Program-made: the position numbers and the translations under genes
Assembly: GCF_001194135.2 (NCBI RefSeq)
Contig: NC_068981.1
Span: 123,337,438-123,401,437 of the forward strand
DNA length: 64,000 nt
Origin: Octopus bimaculoides
Lineage: Eukaryota
Direction of reading: 5' to 3'
The notes under the pieces: generated by a model
What the model saw: the letters and a program-made list of their open reading frames with translations, nothing else
Database searches by the model: none
What the model was told of the DNA's origin: nothing
Shown: in pieces, positions 54,015-64,000 of the stretch
Layout of the letters: each line of letters opens with the position of its first letter
Numbering within the stretch: position 1 is the first letter of the stretch

Positions 54015-54046
<32 letters not shown>
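53676..54046. repeat. (ATT)/(ATC)n tract with a higher-order ~80-90-bp repeat
   Basis: The block ATCATTGTTATTATTATAATCATT...ATCTTTATCATTATCATCAT recurs three times (ATCTTTATC at about 53798, 53879 and 53968). Confidence 0.9.
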
Positions 54047-54047
<1 letters not shown>

Positions 54048-54175
54048 GTATACACACAAAAGATTGGATTGTTGGAAAACAAAAATACCTAACATCAGGC
54101 TACAACAAGTAACTTTAGATGCAAAGAACCCTCCTAAGTATCTTAGCTGTCCCTAATAACACTGTTTTCTGGAGC
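54047..54175 (-). mobile_element. Severely 5'-truncated Dong/R4 copy (last codons plus 3' UTR) embedded in TAA repeats
   Basis: The minus strand reads LQKTVLLGTAKILRRVL, the conserved R4/Dong ORF terminus, then a short UTR and (AAT)n. ATT repeats lie on both sides. Confidence 0.8.
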
Positions 54176-55039
54176 TAATATTATTATTATTTTAATACTG
54201 AACTGATTCAGATAGTTCAGGTGCAATTGTTCTTATACGAAACTCTTCGAAAAATATTTTCAAGTATGTTCTGTTGAAAAAATCTGCAGTTGTAAAATTC
54301 CATTTTTATTTATAACCTCAAAAGGATTCCTGAAAAGTCGTGGTAATCATTAAAAAAGAAAACGGTGACCGACAATCATTCACAAATGAGCTTCTGCTAA
54401 TTGGCACCAGTGCATGAACAACATTAAGAATAACAATACCAGCAAACGATACAGAAGCAACACTCGGCAAGCAGAAATAACAAGTCTAGAAGCGAAAAAA
54501 TAACGAAAACAGCAATTATAAACTATGACAGTAAGGAGAAGAGGCATCATAGGAAGAGGTAAAAATAAATACGGACAGCAGTATCAGTAACAGAAGCCTT
54601 GGTAGCACATATTCTATTACCACTACTATTGACACCTGATAATCTCGCAGTCTTGACATATTATGTGGAGAGAAAACAGAGACGTTCCATAATCGAAAGC
54701 CGTATTGAAATCAAAATATTTCTGCATCAACACAAACAGAAAATTATTAGGATGAAATATGGCCAAATAAAGAAGTTGAATATTCGGAAAGATACTGGTA
54801 TTCTTCTCCGTCAATTATTTATAGATCGATGGCTATCAGCACTAGTAAACGTTTCAAGAAACTTATTCCTCTCGTTATCCTATGCAGCACTATGAGTGAC
54901 ATGGCAAATAATCCAGTGCAGAAAATTACATCTAATTACACAGTAATTGGAATTTTTCTTCGAGTAACGCAGAAATAGTCTCAAAAAATAAATTCTAATA
55001 TAGAATTATTCGTTCAAGTTCAGATTTGAGTTGCAGGTT

Positions 55040-55370
55040 TCTTAAAATTTCCTTTATTCTACATCCAGAATAACTACCTCATTTCTTTTCCTCTCTAATT
55101 CATCAGACAACTTTTCTCTGATTAGAATGGCACAATCTACCCAGTCTATAGCGTAAATTGCTAGTATTGTGCTACTTATATTTTGCCTTAACTGTTTCTC
55201 CTCTTTGTCTCCTCTCGTTATGCACTATCTCAACGCCTTTTCTTCAAATCTTCTTCGTCTTTCCTTAGGCCCTTCATCTGGTATCCCATTTTTACTCTGA
55301 GGATTCTATTCAAAACTGCCATTAGTTTGTTCATCCTAAAGCCTATCCTTTTTCTCCGTTATGATTACTT
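55040..55370 (-). mobile_element. Possible decayed Dong/R4 N-terminal fragment
   Basis: Purine-rich minus strand with ILIREKLSDELERKR next to an ATT-type repeat (55370-55412); weak similarity only. Confidence 0.2.
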
Positions 55371-56654
55371 ATCTCTATTATTATCTCTATTATTATCTCT
55401 ATTATTATTATTGTTGCTGCTGAAGTGGTTGTTATAGCTATGATTTACAAAAAAATTAGAAACTACACTGATCTCTGGTTCATATGACGTTTTTGTTTTT
55501 TGCCTGAATGGAATTTTAATTAAGCCTTTTTTTTTTTTGTAAGAAAGGATTTCTTAAGAGAGATTCATGACCCATATAACGGTGCACTTTTCTCTATTGT
55601 ATTAAGCCCTGTTTCTGTGTTATTGCATGCTTTAATATATTGCAACATCAAAATTGGGATTTGTATTTGAAAAGGCAAACATGAATATTGAGCAAAGTGT
55701 TGTAATATTTATGGCAGAAGAACAAGAGAAACACAGAGGCGAACAGAAGCAAGTTGGGAATGTGAGAGGGGAAATCGGAACCAAATTAATATACTGACAA
55801 GTCAACAAATAACGGCACATTAAGAGCCGTGATATCACCGCATAAAATGTATTAGAAAACAGCAGAAATAACCGCTATAATATAAAAAAGCGAGAGCGGC
55901 AAGAATGACAATTTTCACAATAGAATGAATAAGACCAACAACAACATCAACAACCGCAAAAAGAACAATAATAGAAACTGTGAAAGCTTCTGAAAGAAGC
56001 TATAATTACAACATAACAGCATCAACGATGGCAACATTATGAGCTACAGCCAGAACAGAGGAAACACATTGGAGTGCAGTTAATCAAACCTCCTTATCCT
56101 CACGGGAAACAAAGTACAACAGCAATAGAACGAACAGCAACTGTTATATCACCATCGCCACCACCACATCAACAACACCAGACGCTGTAGCGGTCGGATC
56201 TACCACCAACAACAGCAGAAATTTCGCCAAACCACAACAAACGCCACTTTATTTGTAGAAATTAAGTATGTACACGAAAGACGAGAGGAATACGTTACTC
56301 GGATCTGTAATGGCTCTTTCCAGTAGTTTTGGAGAAATAAACAAAAGAACTGTAATATATTGGTATGTCATTTAAGATCCAATCACTAAACCACTCACAA
56401 AGAATAATAGTAATATAGGAGATTCCTCTGAGTAGCACATGCACAAAGGCAGTCTATTGCCTATGCATGAATGAGGCTATTATTCTTATTCCGACACTGA
56501 AATTCTATCACAAATGGACGTCCAGCGGTGGTGGAATGCGTTGTTCCAGAAAATGATTCACTTCTAGATATTCAAAGACATAAGAAAAAACAACAACGTG
56601 ACGACGTGCTACATGGAAAGTATTAGCAGATGCTCAGGGAAGGAAAGAAAGGTA

Positions 56655-56692
56655 GTGTTACGTCTCGAGCAAAGCTCTTCTTCAGAGACAGG
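56655..56692 (-). ncRNA. Candidate vestigial minimal type I hammerhead ribozyme (Penelope/retrozyme type)
   Basis: Minus strand TGTCT-CTGAAGA-A-GAGC-TTT-GCTC-GAGAC-GTA-ACAC: a CUGANGA box, a 4-bp stem II, GAAAC with one A>G change, a palindromic ACGT and a GUA cleavage triplet. Stem I pairs at only 3 of 4 positions. Confidence 0.4.
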
Positions 56693-56763
56693 AGACAGAG
56701 GAAAGTCCAAGAGAAAAGGTAGACAGAGGAATATCTTTTTTATTATTATTTTATTCTTTAATA

Positions 56764-56959
56764 TGTTTCAGCTTTGAGGCTGCGGCTATATATACGATGG
56801 GCTTCTTTCAGTTCCCGTCTACCAAATCCACTCACAAGGATTTGGTCGGCCCGAGGTTATGGCAGAACACACATTCCGAACATGCCACGCAGTGCGACTG
56901 AACATGGAACCGTGTGGTTGGTAAGCAAATTACTTACCACACAACCACTCCTGTGCCTA
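56764..56959 (-). mobile_element. SINE family B, internally deleted copy
   Basis: The head AGGCACAGGAGTGGTTGTGTGGTAAGTAATTTGCTTACCAACCACACGG is intact. The tail remnant (TGTTTCAGCTTTGAGGCTGCGGC on +) is joined directly to the central TA segment. Confidence 0.8.
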
Positions 56960-56961
56960 TA

Positions 56962-58185
56962 TTTTAAACTTTTGCTTTATGTTCGTACAGGTTGACTCCA
57001 AGTCTCACCTAGAGATCTCAAGAGACAGGTTAGAAGTTCAAGTTTATGTTATGATTTGGGTGTTATATATTTGGTTTTGCACAGAGTATTGTTCTATAGA
57101 ATGTCTGTCAAAAGATTAGTAAATTAAAAGTTTGTTTTAAAAGTTCTTTGATTATAAGATGATAGGATGATGCTAAAAGAGTAAAAGGTTTTTGCTATCA
57201 TGTATATTTGAAATTATTTTAACACTGTTTACAGATTAAAATGTAGTGGAGATTACATAGAAAATATTTTACGTAGGATATGAGCAGTTCCCATGAAGAC
57301 TATGTTTTAAATTTCTTCCATTTCTGGAATTCCTGGTATCTGAGTCAGGTAGTAATCATTACCTTTTGCTATCATTCCTAGGGTACCTATCACTACAGGT
57401 GTTGTTTTAGTCTTGAGGTTCCACATTTTGCCAATTTCTATTTCTTGCAAATTTTTATACTTGCTCAGATTTTGGTAGTTCTTGACAAGTACATTTACCT
57501 TGATTGGGACAGTCATATTGATGAGGAGGTATGATTTTTGTCTGAAATAATTTCAATATACTGTCAGGCCTTTTGCATCTATCATTCTGTCAGTTTGCAT
57601 TATGAAGTTCCAAAGGAGTGAGATGTTGTCATTCGCAAGCACTGGAGGTGGCTAATGTTCCTACCAGTTTTTATCATGGGATAGGTCCAAGTGTTTGCAA
57701 ATTACCCACTGAATATATTGTGCTGCTGTATCATGCGTGTTGAAAAACTCAATAAGCCGAAGAAGACTACACATGAAGACAACATGATCGATGGTTTCAT
57801 TTTGTTGTTTACATATACGACATGTTGGGCTACTGCCGTTCATTAAGATGTTGGCCTGGTAACTTCTTGTAGGTAGACATTGATCTTGAGCTGCTATGAT
57901 AAACCCCTCTGTCTCTGATTTGAAGCTATAGGACACTATCCATTGATGGTTAATGTTTTTGCCAATATCAGCATTATTAGCTATAATTGGGTATTTGCTA
58001 CTGAGGGGTCTTTCTTACCTTTTATCAGTAAGAATATCTTAGACAGCAGTTTTAGCAAGGGCTTTCATACGCTGAGATTGTCTGTGCCTGTTTCCAGTAC
58101 GTCTAATTTTAGGATTTTTTATATGTGGAATTCACTTAGATAATTGCTTAGGCCAATTGGAGCAGGCTGCCTTGTTACTTCCAGT
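56962..58185 (-). mobile_element. Dong/R4-clade 5'-truncated copy (CCHC + RLE + 3' UTR)
   Basis: FKSETEGFIIAAQDQCLPTRSYQANI...CRICKQQNETIDHVVFMC (zinc knuckle) and MTVPIKVNV...SKYKNLQEIEIGKMWNLKTKTTPVVIGTLG. The 5' junction runs into TAA/CAA repeats. Confidence 0.9.
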
Positions 58186-58325
58186 TATTATTATTGTTGT
58201 TGTCGTTGTTGCTGCTGCTGCTGCTGCTCTGCTGTTGTTATTGTTGTTGTTGTTGTTGCTGCTACTGCTGTTGTTATTGTTGTTGTTGTTGCTGTTGTTG
58301 TTGCTGTTGCTGCTGCTTCTGCTGC

Positions 58326-58356
<31 letters not shown>

Positions 58357-58405
58357 GCCGCTGCTTCCGCTGCTGCTGTTGTTGTTGTTGTTGTTGCTAT
58401 TATCA
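58185..58405. repeat. (GTT)/(GCT)n compound trinucleotide tract
   Basis: Read directly; it explains the poly-L/C/V/N/T/Q ORFs. Confidence 0.95.
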
Positions 58406-58409
58406 TTGA

Positions 58410-58850
58410 GTGAGGGAGAAGTGCATGCCATCAAGAAGACACTCGGGTACAAATATACGAAGCCCAGTTTACCCATCATGACTACCTGTCTGATAAGGGT
58501 ACACCATGCGCATGCAGCAAAAACATATGCGCGTGACAGTGTGATCTTATATCAAGACAAATATAGCCCATCCTGCTGAAAAGGCTTCCGAATAAGGTTT
58601 GTTTAAATCTGATAAACCAAACACCCATATTTCCGGAGGTCAATTATTCAAACCCCAAATAATTCCTCTCAACACATGGCTATATTTCTCCCCCACTACT
58701 TCTGCGCATGATCAGAGATACACATATCGTCAGGTACTAAGTGACATGCTCAACTGATTATGGTTAAGCAACTGACAAGAAAATCTGTAGTAGTGAGCAG
58801 AATATTCGCTGTAGCCTATCTTTTATACCAAGACAAAACAAGTTACATGA
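58410..58850. repeat. Unclassified interspersed repeat
   Basis: GC-richer island (CAAACCCCAAAT...CAACACATGGCTAT...GTGACATGCTCAAC...GAGCAGAATATTCGCTGTAGCC) that I recall as a common Octopus repeat; not verifiable within the window. Confidence 0.3.
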
Positions 58851-58957
58851 TATCACTTCTAATCAGTTAAGATCAAAAAGCCATTAGAGCATTTATCATT
58901 ATGATTATGATTATCATTATTATTATTATTATTATCATTATTATTATTATTATTATT

Positions 58958-59729
58958 TCTTTTTTTTTTGAGCCCCTGGCGTCTTACATGCATAGTGGAG
59001 TTGCTACCTGCAGCCTACAGTACCATGATATCCATTGTTTTCAGCTATCTCACATTTTCCTGTGTAACGGTTCTACTGGGCACTCTATAACACTTTCCTT
59101 TTATATTCTCCTTGATGCCTTCTTATACTGTTCCCAAGGACCTAACAATAATTGGTACTATTTTCTCCTTCCTCATTTTCTATAGCCGGGTTCTTTCGTA
59201 CTTAAGTGGTTTGTATTTATCTATCTTTTCGCCTTCCTTCTTGACTATTCGTGGATCAAAGGGTCAGGCAACATCAACTATATAGCGTATATGGTGCATC
59301 TTGTCCATTACCACTAGATCCAGTCTTTTATGCTGTAGCACCTGATCTATTTGGATTGGGGAGCCTCAGAGGATTTTTATAGCCTCCTACACCGCCTCTC
59401 TCTGCGGTTTGCTCTCATACCACGTCTTGGCTCTCTCTAGCCTCCAGTTGTTGCACAGTTTCCAATGTAGCATATTCGTCACCTGATCGTGTCGCCACAA
59501 CGTGTAGTAATTTTGAGCAAGTAATTCGTGATATGGGCAATGGTTTCATCCACTCTATTGTAGATGCGGCACAGCGGAAATTCTGTCTCGCCACAACTTG
59601 TAGTGGTTTCGAGCAAGTCATTTGTGATATGGGCCAATGGTTTCATCTACTCTATTACTGATGCGGCACAGCGGAGATACTTCCTCATTCTTGAGGTGGA
59701 CCCTCCAATTTGTGGCCAAAGCTTGGTTT
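58958..59729 (-). mobile_element. Dong/R4-clade 5'-truncated copy of a different subfamily, with an internal ~98-bp duplication
   Basis: QALATNWRVHLKNEEVSPLCRI...LAQNYYTLWRHDQVTNMLHWKLC...LDLVVMDK...IVDVA*PFDPRIVKKEGEKIDKYKPLK. An (AAT)n tail lies at 58893-58957 and an ATT tract at 59730-59772. Confidence 0.85.
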
Positions 59730-59772
59730 TTATTATTAATATTATTACTATTATTACTATTATTATTATTTT

Positions 59773-60349
59773 ATGTTTGACTTTTGTTTTGCATTTGTAC
59801 AAGTTGGATCCAAGTCTCACCCAGAGACCTCAAGAGACAACAAGTTAGAAGTTCATGTAGGTGTTATGCCTAGGGTACCATATATTTGGATTTGTACAGT
59901 TTTGTTCAAGTGAATGTTTAAGAAACCATAAGAAAATTATGCGTTTTCTTTAAAATTTGAGATCACATAGACNNNNNNNNNNGAGCACTATCTTTTGAAC
60001 TTCAGCCATTTTGGGGTTTCCTGGAATCTGATCTAGGTAGTAATCAGCCCGTTTCGCTGTCATTCCCAGGGCACCTATGACAATAGGTATTGTTTTCGTC
60101 TTCAGATTCCACATTTTGCTAATTTCTATTTCAAGATCTTTATATTTGCTCAGTTTTTGGTAGGTCTTGACAGATACGTTTATATCAATTGGGACAGTCA
60201 TATCAATGAGGAGGCAAGATTTTTGTCTGAAGTCTTTCAGTATGATATCTGGCCTATTTGCATCTATCTTTCTGTCAGTTTGAATGGTGAAGTTCCAGAG
60301 GAGTGCAATGTGATCATTTTCAAGTACTGGGGGTGGTTTGTGTTCCCAT
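59773..60349 (-). mobile_element. Dong/R4-clade 5'-truncated copy (RLE + 3' UTR), the best preserved
   Basis: EHKPPPVLENDHIALLWNFTIQTDRKIDANRPDIILKDFRQKSCLLIDMTVPIDINVSVKTYQKLSKYKDLEIEISKMW (PD...D...K RLE catalytic motif). ATT tracts lie on both sides, and the 3' UTR is homologous to 56985-57090. Confidence 0.9.
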
Positions 60350-60371
60350 TATTATCATTATTATTATTCCG

Positions 60372-60588
60372 TGGTGAGCTGGCAAAATCGGTAGAACTCC
60401 TGGCAAAATGTTTAGCGGCATTTCATCCTTCTTTACGTTCTGAGTTCAAATAATGCCGTGGTTGATGTTGTCTTTCATACATTTGGGACAATGAAACAAG
60501 TACTAGTTGTGTGCAGGGGTCGATATAACCGACTAGCACCTCCCCCAAAATTTCAGGCCTTGTTCTCCTATTAGAAAGGGTTATTATT
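60372..60588 (+). mobile_element. SINE family A, older diverged copy
   Basis: GGTGAGCTGGCAAAATCGGTAG...TTACGTTCTGAGTTCAAAT...GGGGTCGATATAACCGACT...CCCCCAAAATTTCAGGCCTTG. Confidence 0.8.
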
Positions 60589-62489
60589 ATGATCATTTTT
60601 GTTATTGTTATCGTCTCCTCAGATCAACTCAAACCGTTGGATCTCCCTAAGTTTCAGCAATCATTTGTTGTTTTGCAATAATAAAATCCCTTAAATTGAT
60701 CGATTCATTTATCTATTTATTTACTTATTTATTTATTTATTATTCTTTCTTTGACACATTTGTAGAAAACTTGACCCGCAAGATATGTCGTTGAACTGTC
60801 GTTGCTTTAAACAAATATATAATTTCAATTATAAATATAAAAGTCTCGAATTTAACGATGACATAATGATTGTTTTGTTTTTGTTACATTTTTATTTTAT
60901 TTGATTTTAGTAAGGTATAATAAAGCTGAAATTCAAAGGGAGAAAGCGGTAGTGATTCCATAATATTTAAAAAGGACAACAGCATCAAATTAACAGCAAC
61001 CACTACTGCCGTCATAGCAACCAAAAGTATTGACGTCACAGTCAAAACAGCTACTACCACTGCTACATTGACGTCAGTGCAACGATATGCGGATAAGAAA
61101 ATTTGTACATCAATTTGTTGCAGAAGAAACAACAGTAATAACTATAATTATGAGAGGAAAATAAGGATTACAGTATGTACAACAACACTAACACAACATC
61201 ACAACAAGCAACAAAAGCACCGATAGTTCCACAAAAAATAATATATCTCTTGACCTTGTACTCATAAGTGAGCAAATAGGCGTACAAATATCTCGTGAAG
61301 AAAGCCCCTGTTGAAGAAATACCATAGAAACATGATTAGCACTGAGATGCTGTCATCTTTATCTGTCCGAATAATATTTCATAAACTTTTTCGATTATCA
61401 ATTAAAGCCAAGTGTAAAGGTATGGAAAGGTGATACACTCGAGGAAATTTAATCAATTGTTTGAGTAAAGAAATTGATTGATGGGTTGTATCTCTAAGCT
61501 ACAAGTGGGAGGTAAAAAGGTGTGCCGAAGTTGAAGAGTATCGTGGTACTTTGCACAATAGGTATCTTTCCCTTGTATGTGAGTGCACGTGAGCCTCTTT
61601 TGGCCCATATTTTTTAGCGTGGATGTTAGAAACAAACATGTTAGAAACAAAATACGTGTTACCTGAATAATGCATGTAGGTCTGAAAATTAACTTTCCAA
61701 GTTCAGGAGTCCGTCAGAAGTAAAATGGACACGACACACACAAAAAAAAAACAATGCTGATAAGCCGATAATTATAAGAAAGTGGTAGCAGAACAGAAGT
61801 GCTAGTGTGAGGCTGCTTTATGTTACTAGTAACTTTCTATTTGAGTTCCTTTTTAACCTCTCTTGCACTCTCCCTTCTTTTCAGTATCTCACTGTCCTTT
61901 TTTTCCCATACCACAACGCAAACATAAATATAGTAACATTCACGCATATCTATCACAGCATAGACTGTAAAACTATAGTTATTGAAATAGCTCATACAAA
62001 ATTCATATATGTGCAAAGATGATATGCGGTTTCAAATACTTTGACAGATTCAAATTTAAATGTTTTATATTTAGTAGATGTTTATCTACTATGCATTAAT
62101 GATATCAAATATTGAACACAGGATTATTACAACATTAGGGAAGAGAGCAAAATATCGTCAAAGAATTTTCTGGTCTGATCACATCATATAATGTACCGGA
62201 TACAAAGGTATGGCTGAATGTATGCATGCAGAAAAATACAGAGGTAACTGGTGAGTTTCGATAACTCAAGCCCTGAACACAAGGAGAGCACATGGATGGT
62301 GATATATATATACATATATGTGTGTATGTATGCATATATATATGCGTGTATGTGTGTGTATGCATTATGTATGTATGTATTTATGTATATATATATATAT
62401 ATATATATATTTCTATATATATATATATATACATATAATAAAAGAAGGAAAATACGCACAGTTTACATAGTTTTGATATATTTTTTAAT

Positions 62490-63891
62490 GTATATTATAA
62501 GTGAAAGAGTATAGATTTAGTCGACCTGTTTCGCTTTTACTAATCATGACATTGAAGTTATTGTAATTTCGTATTTTCTTAACAAGATTTTAGCCCATGT
62601 GTGTGGAAGTTTGTGAGTTTATGAATGAATCAACAAGTAGAAAAATCTGAAGGGAGGTAATTGGTGATCGTCATTATTCTTGACAGGGAAGTAATTCTGG
62701 GGAGGGCATAAATGAAAGATATAAAAACACAAAAGCTAAGGTAGTGAGAAGAAATATGTACAGTGATGGGTATGTAATCATGAATTCAAATATATACTGA
62801 GATCAAAGTTGGTCATGCGTTCATAGTTAGGCGTGTTCTGTATTATTCGATAAATAATTTTTTCTTATGTAAACGTTTATCAACAGAAGTTGGTTTGTGC
62901 ACTGGTAGATGAGGAAAATTGTGAAGTTTGGTTGGATATTACCTGCTCATCTTTCTATGTGTTCACACAAAGAAATTTGTGTGTACTGTGGGAAACGGAT
63001 CTGTACCTTCTGCACTTTGGCTGGAATATTACCCCGAAGAAATTCCAGAATGCATAAACCAGGTCTTTATTATTGAAACTCTAAAATTTATACTTTAGAA
63101 CAATTATTTCCTATTTGATGACATCCGCTACCATAAAAAAATACGGAATTGCGATGAGAAGGAAAGCAAGTACGAAATCAATGGTTAAAAAATGTGGACG
63201 TCCAAACTGTGCAATATGTCTCAGCCTACTGGACGGCTTGGAATTCCTATTCAAACAAGGAGAGAGGTTCACAATTAAAATCAACTTCACTTCTGCTTCC
63301 GAGAATCTAATTAATGTTATAACATGTTCAGGTTGGGGATATAACTATATAGGACAGGCAAATATATTTTATAAGTGAGAGTATTGTATTTGTTGACCGG
63401 TTTCACTTTCGCTAATCATGACAGTACATAAGGAACAGATCCGTTTCCCACAGTACACACAGATTTGTTTAAGTTAACATATAGTGAAATGTGCAGGTAA
63501 TATCCAACCAAACTTCACGGTCTTCCCCTTTTACCAGTGCAAAGAAACAATCTCTGTACAAAGCGTTTAAATAAAGGAAATTTATTTATTGAAAAATAGA
63601 GAACACGCATAAATAGGAACGCATAACCAACTTTGATCTCAATATATATTTTAATTCATGATTAAATACCAATGACTGTACATATTTTACTTATTACTTT
63701 AGCTTTTGAGTTTTTGAGCAATTACCTCCCCTGTCCTGAATAATAACCATCGCCATGTACCTTCCCTAAGATGTTTTTACTTCTTCAGAAATCGTCTTCA
63801 GAAAATACGAAATTACAATAACTTTACTGTCATGATTAGCGAAAGTGAAACCGGTCAACAAATACAATACTCTCACTTATAAAATATATTT
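62490..63891 (+). mobile_element. Penelope-like element remnant: inverted pLTR + GIY-YIG endonuclease + pLTR with a perfect 67-bp inverted terminal copy
   Basis: VKKCGRPNCAIC...FTSASENLINVITCSGWGYNYIGQ (63190-63360) resumes as MTVHKEQIRFPQY...CAGNIQPNFTVFPFYQC (63418-63540). 62490-63006 is a diverged inverted copy of 63430-63890, and 63360-63426 is the exact reverse complement of 63825-63891. Confidence 0.85.
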
Positions 63892-63935
63892 TAAAATGTA
63901 TTAATACTATGTAAACTGTGTATTAATACATGCAT

Positions 63936-64000
<65 letters not shown>

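Noticed and set aside
54599-54895. 98-aa ORF MVAHILLPLLL...
   Set aside because: No recognisable domain or splice context; the length is within chance expectation.
53570-58579. Poly-I/N/D/L/C/T/Q ORFs (53570-54112, 58132-58579; also 49816-50197 and 19432-19704)
   Set aside because: Translations of trinucleotide microsatellites, with no splice signals or flanking domain evidence.

Overview
AT-rich, repeat-dominated eukaryotic genomic DNA from a gapped draft scaffold. N-runs are at about 1180-1627, 3227-3677, 5845-5854, 9799-10797, 22002-22843, 24405-25292, 29284-29302, 32089-32098, 33844-34702, 37180-37365 and 59973-59982. The tRNA-headed SINE families and the microsatellite load resemble what I recall of Octopus (coleoid cephalopod) genomes; this is inference, not a database match. 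I can support no intact protein-coding gene. Most long ORFs in the track are artefacts of N-runs or simple repeats, and the rest are decayed transposon ORFs. The window is a fossil record of mobile DNA: a stack of same-orientation Dong/R4-clade retrotransposon remnants tied to (TAA)n tracts (50-60 kb), Penelope-like remnants with inverted terminal structures and hammerhead-like motifs, mariner (D,D34D) and Chapaev3-like transposase remnants, a Helitron with both termini, a CR1/L2-type LINE and at least four SINE families. The most unusual structures are a perfect 172-bp-arm palindrome with a 21-mer array at its apex (47539-47978), a nested inverted Penelope-like structure with a perfect 67-bp inverted repeat (62490-63891), and the polarised Dong/TAA cluster. 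A few short splice-site-bounded open frames could be exons of an unidentified host gene, but none is supported beyond motif level. Degenerate element boundaries are approximate.
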